A DNA stretch of 64,000 nt from Desulfosudaceae bacterium (GCA_963674745.2 CAXXDV010000003.1:672001-736000); one strand, 5' to 3'; shown: positions 8,724 through 17,388, counted from the first letter of the stretch. Notes: generated from the sequence alone by a model not told the origin. Numbers and translations are program-made.

Positions 8724-9535
8724 TGGCGTTGCCTTTTGGGGGAAATGAAATTACCTCCGGCAATAACAGCGGCGCCGTAGGCCGCCATAAGTTGCGGATC
8801 AATATCCGAGTGTTTGACGGTTAGATTGGCCATTTTCTTCAACCGGGCCGTAAAAGCCGGCACCTTGGCCAGACCGCCTGACAGAATAATGTCGCTGTCG
8901 GTATCCGCACTGCTGAACATGGATGTCGTTTTGGAGGCGATGGAATCAATCACGCCGGCGATGACATCGTTTTTGTTTTTGCCGGCATTGACCTGGCTGA
9001 TGACACTGCTTTCGGCAAATACGGCGCAATTGCCGGCAATCATGAATTGCTCGGTGGCCTGTTCCGCGTAAGCTGAAATTTTTTCAAACGGAATCTGGAT
9101 GGCTTCGGCGACCATTTCCAGAAACTTACCGCTTCCGGCGGCACATCTTTCATTAACATAGTCCTGCTCGGCAAAGCCGCTATCGTCAATGGTAACGACT
9201 TTAATAAAAAAACCGCCGACATCAATAATGGTTCGGGCATTATTGTCAATCGAAAAGGCCCCGCGCGCAAGGCAGACGGGCTCGCTTAACCGGTAAGTCG
9301 CCTTGTTTACCAGCCTGGCACCGTATCCGGTTGCAACGGACTTTTTTACGGACCGGTTCCGTATTTTTTTCCCCCGGGCCGTGGCCGCCAGATCAAGCGC
9401 CTCGCGAAACGCGTGCCGGTACAATCTGTCAAACCGCCGGTCCATTTCGCGGCAGGCGTATCCGAGGAGCCTGGCATCTTCAACAAGGCAGATTTTCAGG
9501 AACCGTGTTCCGACGTCTATTCCGGCCGTTATCAT
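8720..9535 (-). CDS. ASKHA-family CoA-enzyme activase (HgdC/BcrA/BcrD-like), subunit 2
   Basis: GIDVGT, ATGYG, IDVGG, NERCAAGSG, NCAVFAES, LSGG, AYGAA motifs. Confidence 0.92.
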   Translation of the reverse strand: MITAGIDVGTRFLKICLVEDARLLGYACREMDRRFDRLYRHAFREALDLAATARGKKIRNRSVKKSVATGYGARLVNKATYRLSEPVCLARGAFSIDNNARTIIDVGGFFIKVVTIDDSGFAEQDYVNERCAAGSGKFLEMVAEAIQIPFEKISAYAEQATEQFMIAGNCAVFAESSVISQVNAGKNKNDVIAGVIDSIASKTTSMFSSADTDSDIILSGGLAKVPAFTARLKKMANLTVKHSDIDPQLMAAYGAAVIAGGNFISPKRQRQ

Positions 9536-10323
9536 GTTAAGCCTTTCATGGCGAAAACAGCCGCCCCCAGCGCCCCGGTTATTTGGGGGTCGATGTTCAG
9601 CCGGGTAAATTTCAGGCTCAGGTGCTTTTCAAGCTGCCGCACAACCCCCTGATTTTTTGATACGCCCCCGGTCAGACAGACATTTTTTTGAATTTCAATC
9701 ACCGTGGAAAGATCTGCGACCCTTTTGGCCACAGCATCAGAAAGCCCGGCGGCGATGTGTTTTAATTTCTTTTTTTCGTAAAGGGCTTCTAAAATTTCAA
9801 GTTCCATGAATATGCTGCATTTATTGGTAATATTTAATGGTTTGCGTGATTTTAACGTCAAGGGGCCTAAATCCTCAAGTTTTACCCCGATTGTTCTGGC
9901 CAGTATCTCCAGGGAGCGACCGGTGCCGGCCGCGCATTTATCGTTCATGGCGAAGTTTTTGATCAACCCCTTTTCATCGATTGAAATCACTTTGCAATCC
10001 TGGCCGCCGATATCGATGATCGTTCGAATGCTGTTATCGGCATAAAAAGCACCCATGCCATGGCAGGATATCTCGCTTAAATTCATATCCGCAAAAGGAA
10101 TACCGGTTCTTCCATATCCGGTACTGCAGCAGCGGGTAATATTGTCAAACGTCAGGCCGCTTGAGGAGAGTACCCGCTGCATGACGCAGGTCGCGGATTC
10201 TAAAACCGTCGGCTTTACCCTGATAATATCCGTGGCCAGGATCGATTGACCGTCCATGATCACGGCTTTTGCCGTAAGTGAACCCACATCACAACCGGCA
10301 AATATCTCTGTTTTCTGAATCAT
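9532..10323 (-). CDS. ASKHA-family CoA-enzyme activase (HgdC/BcrA/BcrD-like), subunit 1
   Basis: GCDVGSLTAK, STGYGR, IDIGGQD, NDKCAAGTGR, KCSIF, TGGV, GALGAA motifs. Confidence 0.93.
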   Translation of the reverse strand: MIQKTEIFAGCDVGSLTAKAVIMDGQSILATDIIRVKPTVLESATCVMQRVLSSSGLTFDNITRCCSTGYGRTGIPFADMNLSEISCHGMGAFYADNSIRTIIDIGGQDCKVISIDEKGLIKNFAMNDKCAAGTGRSLEILARTIGVKLEDLGPLTLKSRKPLNITNKCSIFMELEILEALYEKKKLKHIAAGLSDAVAKRVADLSTVIEIQKNVCLTGGVSKNQGVVRQLEKHLSLKFTRLNIDPQITGALGAAVFAMKGLT

Positions 10324-10324
10324 T

Positions 10325-10741
10325 TTATCCGATAAAATGGTTAACCGTCACGTTATCCCTGGTCAGCTGGAGAAAGCGGAAAAACAGTAGTGCCCATAAG
10401 AAATCTCCGAAAAGGGTTGAAAATGCCAGAAAGGTGGCCTGGCCGATGATAAAACACCAGGTAAATATCGCGAAAAGAATCAGTTTTGCGATGATTCCCA
10501 GCCAGATCACGACCCTGTTTTTCGTCAGGTCTGCGGCAACCGAGCAGTATCCGACACCGAAAATCACTACTGCCAGCATAAAAACCTTAAAAAACAGAAC
10601 CTGGTAAAAATTACCAGTCAGTGCCTGATCCCCCAGCAACAGCTTTGTCGCAAGAGTACCGAACGCCAGACCGAATACGCCCAATCCGATATTCCACAGC
10701 CCGCCCACAAAGAAAGCCTTCTTATAAAAATGGTAATTCAT
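10325..10741 (-). CDS. Small 4-TM membrane protein (paralog of 1970..2356), first gene of leftward operon
   Basis: Hydrophobic 138-aa ORF; GAGG SD; ends 1 nt before the activase start. Confidence 0.78.
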   Translation of the reverse strand: MNYHFYKKAFFVGGLWNIGLGVFGLAFGTLATKLLLGDQALTGNFYQVLFFKVFMLAVVIFGVGYCSVAADLTKNRVVIWLGIIAKLILFAIFTWCFIIGQATFLAFSTLFGDFLWALLFFRFLQLTRDNVTVNHFIG

Positions 10742-10797
10742 TTTTTTGCCTCATATTTATACGATTTTAAAAGCTTTTATTCGATATGATGGATGCC

Positions 10798-10812
10798 ATG
10801 ACAACAGGTCAT
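10798..10812. promoter_or_regulatory. Palindromic operator candidate ATGAC-N5-GTCAT
   Basis: ATGACAACAGGTCAT in the divergent intergenic region; same TGAC-N5-GTCA core as 15262..15274. Confidence 0.5.
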
Positions 10813-10837
10813 TTTTTTTGCACCCGTAGAATTTTAC

Positions 10838-10863
10838 TTGACACGGAATCTACCATTTGTCAA
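10838..10863. promoter_or_regulatory. TTGACA-N14-TGTCAA inverted repeat (divergent -35 boxes or operator)
   Basis: Perfect sigma70 -35 hexamer on both strands between divergent operons; -10 matches are weak. Confidence 0.45.
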
Positions 10864-10947
10864 TAATCAAAGCGTAGAACATTTAAGGTCGCCCCTTAAG
10901 AAATATTATGCTTTTTTATTCTTTAACGCTACGGTAGAGGTGCAGGT

Positions 10948-12132
10948 CTGTCAATCTTAGATGAAATAAAAAAAATCGCGGCAACAGATTACCATTCCCT
11001 CCTGGTGGATGAAAAAAAATCAGGCAGGAAAATTATCGGCTATTTTTGTTCTTATTTTCCGGAAGAAATCGTCCATGCGGCCGGTTTTGTGCCGTACAGG
11101 ATGAGAGCCGTCGGCAGTACCGGAACGACAAAAGGCGATATCTATTTTTCTTCGCTTAATTGCACATTTGTCAAACGGTGTTTTGATAAAGCCCTCCATG
11201 GTGACTTTGATTTTTTAGACGGGGTCGTCTTTTTGAACGGCTGTGACCATACCCGAAGAATGTATGACAACTGGCGGCATGCCGGGATTGATCCCGATTT
11301 TCGTTACATGTTTGTTGTGCCCCATAAGACCGGCAGGCTGGCGGAAAAAAGGTTTACGGCCGAGATGGAAACATTCAAGGCCGCCCTTGAAAAAGCCTTC
11401 AGCATCACCATATCTGAAGATTCGATCCGGGCCTCTATCCGTCTTTACAATCAGAAAAGATGTCTGCTGTCTGAATTGTACCGGCGACGGTATGAAAAAA
11501 AGGTCCCCATCAACGGCAGTGAAATCCTGAGTGTCATGCTTGCCATAACCGCCATACCGGTTGAACAGGCGATTGATCTCCTGGACAAGGTCCTGGCTGA
11601 AATATCCGGCAGGGATGTGGGCGCGGAAAACAAAATCAGGGTGTTTGTCAGCTCCGGGTGTATGGAAGAGGTTGACCATCTGCAGCTTATTGAAGAATGC
11701 GGTGGGATCGTGGTCGCTGATAACCTGTGTCTGGGGGCCCGTCATTTTGACGGTATGGTGGATGAAACGGCACCCGTATTTGAGGCCCTTTCCCGTCGAT
11801 ATCTTAACCACTTGTCCTGCCCGCGGATGGTCAATGATTTTGCCGGCCGGAACGCATTTCTGAAAAAGACGATTCAAGAATCAGGAGCCGAAGCTATCAT
11901 CGCCGAAAAACTGAAGTTTTGTGATATCTGGGGGGGCGAGCTGTATCTGATGCGGCAGGAAGCAGGAAAAAGCCATCTCCCCATACTCGCCCTTGAACGT
12001 GAGCTTTACGGCGGCGGCGAAGGACAGATCAGAACCAGGGTGCAGGCCTTTTTTGAACAGGTCAGAAACCGGGCGGTGGTTGATGCCGGTCTGCTGCCGA
12101 CTGCGGGCAGGGATTACCAGGCCAAACTGTGA
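10948..12132 (+). CDS. 2-hydroxyacyl-CoA dehydratase / class I benzoyl-CoA reductase (BcrC/BzdN-like) subunit with six conserved Cys; probable CTG start at 10948 (track start GTG 11005)
   Basis: GYFCSYFPEE, NCTFVK, NGCDHTRR, DNLCLG, SCPRM, KFCDIW, RTRVQAF motifs. Confidence 0.9.
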   Translation: MSILDEIKKIAATDYHSLLVDEKKSGRKIIGYFCSYFPEEIVHAAGFVPYRMRAVGSTGTTKGDIYFSSLNCTFVKRCFDKALHGDFDFLDGVVFLNGCDHTRRMYDNWRHAGIDPDFRYMFVVPHKTGRLAEKRFTAEMETFKAALEKAFSITISEDSIRASIRLYNQKRCLLSELYRRRYEKKVPINGSEILSVMLAITAIPVEQAIDLLDKVLAEISGRDVGAENKIRVFVSSGCMEEVDHLQLIEECGGIVVADNLCLGARHFDGMVDETAPVFEALSRRYLNHLSCPRMVNDFAGRNAFLKKTIQESGAEAIIAEKLKFCDIWGGELYLMRQEAGKSHLPILALERELYGGGEGQIRTRVQAFFEQVRNRAVVDAGLLPTAGRDYQAKL

Positions 12133-12158
12133 ACGAATGCATAAAGTATGGATGAAAA

Positions 12159-13511
12159 ATGACTGCACAGAAACATTATGAGTACATTGTCATCGGTACC
12201 GGCCCCGGGGGCGGGCCGGTGGCGCTGGAACTGGCCAAGGCCGGAAAAAGTGTCCTGGTCGTTGAAAGGGGCGCCTACCACAAACGGTTTCTCGGGTCAC
12301 CGCTGGGTGCCAGGCTTTCCGAACGGTTTTTCTGTTTCAACCGTTCAAAAGAAGGGGTCGTGCTTGAACGGGGGCTGACCGTGGGCGGATCATCCATGAT
12401 TTATCAGGGCAATGTTTTTGATCCGGCCAAACATCTTCTGAATGCCATGGGGCTTGATTTTTCTCCCGAGGCGGACGAGATCAAAAAAGAGATCGGTACC
12501 AATACCCTGCCGGACAGATTTTACAACCGGTTGACCAACGGTACGGCCAGGCTTCTGGAAGCCGCGGAAAAAATGGGCTGCCCGTTCGAGGAGCAGGAAA
12601 AGTTTGTGGAGCCGGACAAATGCCGGCTGGGTTGTGACTGGTGCATGATGGGATGCCCGTATGATGCCAAGTGGTCCACCAGGCGCCTGGTAGAAGAAGG
12701 TCTTGAAAAATATGGCGATAATTATGAGTTGCTGGTAAAAAGTCCGGTCGACAGGCTGCTCATGGATACCAATAAAAAAGTGACCGGGGTGAAGCTCAAA
12801 AACGGGCAACAGATTTTTGGAGACAATGTCATTCTGGCGGCCGGCGGTATCGGCTCGCCGGGTGTTATGCTCAGGTCCGGAGACAATCGGGTCGGCAAGC
12901 GGTTTTTTATGGACCCCATGCATATTCTTTACGGCATCAATAAACATAAAGACGGCGGCCTCTGGGGAGAACAGACGTTTACCCATGCCATTGAAACGTT
13001 CGCCCAAAGCGACGGTTTCATGATCGGCAACAGCTCGGCTTTCGGTACCTATGCGGTAATGAATATCGTCAGGCTCAAGGCTGCCATGAAAACATGGTAC
13101 AAGGCGCCGTTTGTCAAACAGGGTGTCGGTCTGTTCGTAAAGCTGGCTGAAGATGACAGGGGGGAGATTTTCCCCAATGAAAGAACCAGCAAGCCCATGA
13201 CCGAGAACGATAAAAAAAGAATGAAAAAAGGGACGGATATCGCCTCCGAACTGATGATAAAGGCCGGTGTCAAGCCGGATTCCATCGCCATGCTGGAGTG
13301 GGCCGGCGGGCACCCGGGCGGTACCATCGAAATGGGCAAGCTTGTTGACAGGACATTTCGGTCGGAATATCAGAACCTTTATGTTTGTGACGCCAGTGTA
13401 TTCCCGGTTTCACCGGGTTCACCGCCAAGCCTGTCGGTTATGGCCATGTCCAGGCTATTGTCAAAGTTCCTGTTGAAAAAAGTAAAGCCCGAAGACCGGT
13501 TTATCGATTAA
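12159..13511 (+). CDS. GMC-family FAD oxidoreductase with an Fe-S-type Cys motif
   Basis: IGTGPGG, VERG, VGGSS, LAAGGIGSP, HPGGT, NLYVCDASVFP motifs; CRLGCDWCMMGCP. Confidence 0.9.
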   Translation: MTAQKHYEYIVIGTGPGGGPVALELAKAGKSVLVVERGAYHKRFLGSPLGARLSERFFCFNRSKEGVVLERGLTVGGSSMIYQGNVFDPAKHLLNAMGLDFSPEADEIKKEIGTNTLPDRFYNRLTNGTARLLEAAEKMGCPFEEQEKFVEPDKCRLGCDWCMMGCPYDAKWSTRRLVEEGLEKYGDNYELLVKSPVDRLLMDTNKKVTGVKLKNGQQIFGDNVILAAGGIGSPGVMLRSGDNRVGKRFFMDPMHILYGINKHKDGGLWGEQTFTHAIETFAQSDGFMIGNSSAFGTYAVMNIVRLKAAMKTWYKAPFVKQGVGLFVKLAEDDRGEIFPNERTSKPMTENDKKRMKKGTDIASELMIKAGVKPDSIAMLEWAGGHPGGTIEMGKLVDRTFRSEYQNLYVCDASVFPVSPGSPPSLSVMAMSRLLSKFLLKKVKPEDRFID

Positions 13512-13530
13512 CTTAAATTGCAGGTCACCA

Positions 13531-14934
13531 ATGGCGCCAAATTTAGAAAAACTGAAACCCTATGAGTTGTTAAGGAAAAACGCGGGCGGGAATGTGCGAA
13601 AAGTTTTTTTCTCATTAAGTTCCCCGTACGTTGTAAAAGCTCTTTTATATCTTCTCAGACCGCTTTATATGAAAAAGGAAACCTGGTTCAACAGATCGTT
13701 CCGGTATTATGCGCTTTCACTGGGGGCGGGCAGCATGGCGCCTGAAGATATCAAGGCCATGCTTTTTTCTATCAGAGCAGTAGCCGCAAATTTTTTGAAA
13801 GCCATTGACGCCGCTGAAAACAATCAACCCGTTGTCTGGGTGGAGTGGATACTTCAGGGGGAAATCGGGGAGGCCTTTGACCTGACGACGATTAATCCTG
13901 AAGCGTTGAATGTTTACGGCAATTCCTTGAGTGGCGAGTATCCGCCGCTTTTGATTGAAGCCGCCGAAAAGCAGGGCACGCCGATTGAAAACTGCTCGGC
14001 CCAGAAACTGGCCATCGGCGCCTACATTTCAAAGCAGACACCGCCGCCGTCTTTAATTATCGGCGGATCCCATCCCTGCGATACCAGTGTTTCGGTTTAC
14101 CAGACACTTGAATATCTGACCGGTGCGCCTGCATTTATCCTCGACGTGCCATACTGGAAAGACGAAGGCGCTTATAAATATTTTGAAGATAATATTTGGG
14201 AACTGATCGCTTTTCTTGAAAAACATACCGGCAAACCGGCTGACTGGGATAAATTAAGAACCGTCCTGGAACGGGTCAATCAGATTAATTACTATCTGCG
14301 GGAAGTCTGTGAGATGGCGCGGGCCATTCCCTGTCCGTCTTCAATCAATACGCTTCTTTTTGCCTGGGCAACCCGTGAGATTGATGTGCGGTCGCCCCAT
14401 ATGCTTGATATGGCCAAGGCCCTTTATGAGAATTCAAAGAAGCGTTTCGATAAAGGGCAGGGCGTTATTAAAAACGAAAAAGTCCGCATCATCATGTGGT
14501 TTCCGCCCATCGCATTCTATCTTTATTTTTTTACATGGCTGGAAAAGGAGTTCGGTGCTGTTGTGGTCGCCGATTTTATCGGTCATATTTCAACGATTCA
14601 GGTAGACACCTCTTCAAAAGAATCCATGGTCGAAGGCCTGGCTAAAGCCCAGATGCACCTTGCCATGGGCCGGCAATGTCACGGTCCCATGGACTTTTTT
14701 ACCGATGAACTGAATAAAATGATAGATGACTATTCGCCGGACTGCATTTTCTTTATGGGCCACAACGGATGTAAGCACGGCTGGGCCGGTCTGAAGATTG
14801 TCCAGGACACCATTAAGCAAAGAGGGCTGCCGGCGCTTTATTTAAATATCGATATTATGGACAAACGCCATACGTCCGAGACCGAAATCAAGAAACAGAT
14901 TACAGATTTTATGGTTAGCCACGGTTGGGGATAG
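13531..14934 (+). CDS. 2-hydroxyacyl-CoA dehydratase / benzoyl-CoA reductase (BcrB/BzdO-like) subunit with N-terminal extension
   Basis: NPE, ENCSAQK, HPCDTS, LDVP, HNGCKHG, DIMDKR motifs. Confidence 0.88.
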   Translation: MAPNLEKLKPYELLRKNAGGNVRKVFFSLSSPYVVKALLYLLRPLYMKKETWFNRSFRYYALSLGAGSMAPEDIKAMLFSIRAVAANFLKAIDAAENNQPVVWVEWILQGEIGEAFDLTTINPEALNVYGNSLSGEYPPLLIEAAEKQGTPIENCSAQKLAIGAYISKQTPPPSLIIGGSHPCDTSVSVYQTLEYLTGAPAFILDVPYWKDEGAYKYFEDNIWELIAFLEKHTGKPADWDKLRTVLERVNQINYYLREVCEMARAIPCPSSINTLLFAWATREIDVRSPHMLDMAKALYENSKKRFDKGQGVIKNEKVRIIMWFPPIAFYLYFFTWLEKEFGAVVVADFIGHISTIQVDTSSKESMVEGLAKAQMHLAMGRQCHGPMDFFTDELNKMIDDYSPDCIFFMGHNGCKHGWAGLKIVQDTIKQRGLPALYLNIDIMDKRHTSETEIKKQITDFMVSHGWG

Positions 14935-15010
14935 CCCGGATATATCAAGAATTGATTCGACCCCGCGCACCTGACACATTCTGCGATACGCCACTCCGCC
15001 CGCTGATATT

Positions 15011-15069
15011 GTAGGGGCGGCCCCCTGTGGCCGCCCTGCACAAGGGCAACCACAGGGGGTTGCCCCTAC
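15011..15069. repeat. GTAG-type REP doublet (REPIN/BIME-like)
   Basis: GTAGGGGCGGCCCCCTGTGGCCGCCCT ... AGGGCAACCACAGGGGGTTGCCCCTAC: two hairpins in inverted orientation with GTAG/CTAC ends. Confidence 0.85.
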
Positions 15070-15106
15070 ATGGTTATCCGATAAAAGGGCAACCCCATAG
15101 GGGGGG

Positions 15107-15146
15107 GACGTGATTCACAATCGGGCACGGCACGCCGTGCCCCTAC
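15107..15146. repeat. GTAG-type REP with extended tail; inverted copy of 21595..21634
   Basis: GACGTGATTCACAATCGGGCACGGCACGCCGTGCCCCTAC, 39/40 identical to the reverse complement of 21595..21634. Confidence 0.88.
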
Positions 15147-15227
15147 GTGAGTCTGCGGCCTGCGCCTTGCGGGTGCCGCCAGACAGCGTCCAACGCGGCC
15201 CCGTTATTTTTCCGGGTATAAAATGTC

Positions 15228-15274
15228 TTGACATTGGCATGAGAAATCCCTATTTTTTAAATGACCAGCGGTCA
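15228..15274 (+). promoter_or_regulatory. Sigma70 promoter with adjacent TetR-type operator
   Basis: TTGACA (15228)-17 nt-TATTTT (15251), then palindrome TGACC-AGC-GGTCA (15262-15274) at the expected +1. Confidence 0.72.
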
Positions 15275-15288
15275 GTTAAGCGCAGGGG

Positions 15289-15981
15289 GTGATTGTTGAA
15301 CCTATATCAATTTCAACGGGGAAGATGAAACGAGCCAGACAATCAGACCAGAAGACGGCCCGGCGTCAGGACATTTTAACGGCTGCCTGGGATTTGTTTT
15401 TAGAGTCATCCGGAGAATTGCCGACCGTAACACGCGTGGCGCGGCGGGTCGGTCTGTCAAAGGGAACCCTTTATCTCTATTTTTCTTCCAAAGAAGAATT
15501 ATTTTTTTCTGTTTTTGAAAGCCGGGTAGAGGAATGGGTGCGGTCAATTGAAACCGTCCTGGGAGAGAGGATGGCGGATATCGGTATAATAGACTTATCC
15601 CGTGCACTGACCGGGTATGCGGCTGAAAATCCCCTGGTGATCAAACTAGGCACCATCACCAAGAGTTTTATTCAAAACAACATCGATGCCAACATTATTT
15701 ATGATTGCGATAAGCGCATCGTGACCCTTGTCGATATGGCGGCCGGGGTAATCTCGGAACGATTTTCCTTTATCACCCGCAAGCAGGCCTCGCAGATGCT
15801 GGCACGGGGTTATGCCCTGACGCTCGGGCTTTGGCAGGTACTGGATCGGCCACCGGCGGTCAGCAGCCGGTTACTGGATGAGGGAATCGATATGTTTATG
15901 CCGGAATTTGAGAAAAATATTGTTGAGACAACGGAAATATTTTTAAACGGCTATTTGCGTTACCTGAAAGAAACCGGATGA
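15289..15981 (+). CDS. TetR/AcrR family transcriptional regulator
   Basis: VTRVARRVGLSKGTLYLYFSSKEELF HTH; start may be ATG 15325. Confidence 0.93.
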   Translation: MIVEPISISTGKMKRARQSDQKTARRQDILTAAWDLFLESSGELPTVTRVARRVGLSKGTLYLYFSSKEELFFSVFESRVEEWVRSIETVLGERMADIGIIDLSRALTGYAAENPLVIKLGTITKSFIQNNIDANIIYDCDKRIVTLVDMAAGVISERFSFITRKQASQMLARGYALTLGLWQVLDRPPAVSSRLLDEGIDMFMPEFEKNIVETTEIFLNGYLRYLKETG

Positions 15982-16003
15982 TACATCGGGTTGGGAACCG
16001 GAT

Positions 16004-17377
16004 ATGAAAAGAATTTTCTTGTTTTTGTTGATTGTCGTAATGCCGGTCAGTGGCCGGGCATTGACGTTGCAGGAGGCGGTGTCCGTCGGGTTAAAAAAGA
16101 ACCTGGAATTGTCGGCCGCGGAAAAGCAGCAGGACGCGGCCCGGGCCGAGGCGTCCGGACAAATGCGCGATTTCTTCCCCAAACTTCTGGCGGAAGGTAA
16201 ATACATGGATTTGACGGATCAGGGAAGCATGGAAATCCCTCAAGGGGCATATAATATGGGTGTTCCCATGACGCCCATACCCGCTTATGATGTGGCGACA
16301 TACTTAAACGACAAGACCATGCATGACTATTCCTTCACCCTGGCCCAGCCGATTCTGGGGCTTTATAAAATCAACAAAGCCTGGCGTTTAAAAAAGAAAA
16401 TAGCCGCCATTGCCGGGGCCGATGTCGGGGTCTTGAAGCATAAAGTCACCATGGACGTGATCGAAGCCTTCTGTCATGTCAAGATGGTGGAAAAAAAGAT
16501 TGATCTGGCAAAAACCAATATCACGGAACTTACCGCTCACCTGGCGCGAATCCAAAGCCTCCACCGGGTGGGGCATGTGCTGGACCGGGACCTTTTCCAG
16601 GTCCAGCTGGGGCTGGACAATGCCCGGCTGGAACTGGAAATAGCCGAGCGTGAACGATTGCTGGCCATTGAAAAACTGTTCTGGGTGATGGGCGGGGAGG
16701 TTGAGCCACCGGTTTTTGACGAGCCGGTGGTAGAATTGCCCATGGATGTCGGTGTCAATGACGTTGACGCGGCCCGTTTTGTTAAAAGCGGTCTTCAAAA
16801 TCGCTGGGAAATGAAGAAAGCCGTTGAAGCGGTCAAGGCCGCCGGACTCCAGGTGGGACTGGCGGTCAGTGAATATCTGCCGGAGTTGAACGTATTTGCC
16901 CGATACACGGAGCAGGACGGCGACCATTCTTTGCCGGACAAAAACACGATTGTCGGAGTAGAGGTGACGGCCACACTTTTTGAATGGGGAAAGACCGGTA
17001 AACAGAAGACCGCGGCGGGCATGCGCCTGGACAGCGCCCGAAAGAACCTTGAAAATGCCAAAGAAATGATCCGCCTTGATGTGCTGCTGGCACTGAAGAC
17101 CTTTGAAGACAGCCGCTCCAGGCACCGGCTGGCCGATCAGAGCTTAACGCTGGCCGAAGAATCCCTGCGCATCACCCAGAAGCAGTATGAAGCGGGCCGG
17201 GCCACCATAACCGACCTTTTGAATGACCAGACGGTTTTTCACCAGGCCCGAACAGACCTTGCCCTGGTCGCGGACCAGATGATTATCGATTATGCCGCGG
17301 TGCGGACGGCAGCCGGAATGCCGCCGCTTCCCGACATGGATATCAACGAATCTCGTTATACAGGTGACACATATTAA
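16004..17377 (+). CDS. TolC family outer-membrane efflux protein
   Basis: Signal peptide, LTLQEAV, DFFPKL, EYLPEL, LFEWG, YEAGRAT. Confidence 0.92.
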   Translation: MKRIFLFLLIVVMPVSGRALTLQEAVSVGLKKNLELSAAEKQQDAARAEASGQMRDFFPKLLAEGKYMDLTDQGSMEIPQGAYNMGVPMTPIPAYDVATYLNDKTMHDYSFTLAQPILGLYKINKAWRLKKKIAAIAGADVGVLKHKVTMDVIEAFCHVKMVEKKIDLAKTNITELTAHLARIQSLHRVGHVLDRDLFQVQLGLDNARLELEIAERERLLAIEKLFWVMGGEVEPPVFDEPVVELPMDVGVNDVDAARFVKSGLQNRWEMKKAVEAVKAAGLQVGLAVSEYLPELNVFARYTEQDGDHSLPDKNTIVGVEVTATLFEWGKTGKQKTAAGMRLDSARKNLENAKEMIRLDVLLALKTFEDSRSRHRLADQSLTLAEESLRITQKQYEAGRATITDLLNDQTVFHQARTDLALVADQMIIDYAAVRTAAGMPPLPDMDINESRYTGDTY

Positions 17378-17388
17378 AGAGGCGCCTT

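Noticed and set aside
8720..14934. Naming the genes bcrABCD or hgdCAB
   Set aside because: Family membership is clear but substrate is not; no benzoyl-CoA ring-cleavage or glutamate fermentation genes are adjacent.
15011..15146. CRISPR array
   Set aside because: Palindromic repeats are dispersed GTAG REPs with no regular repeat-spacer period and no cas genes.
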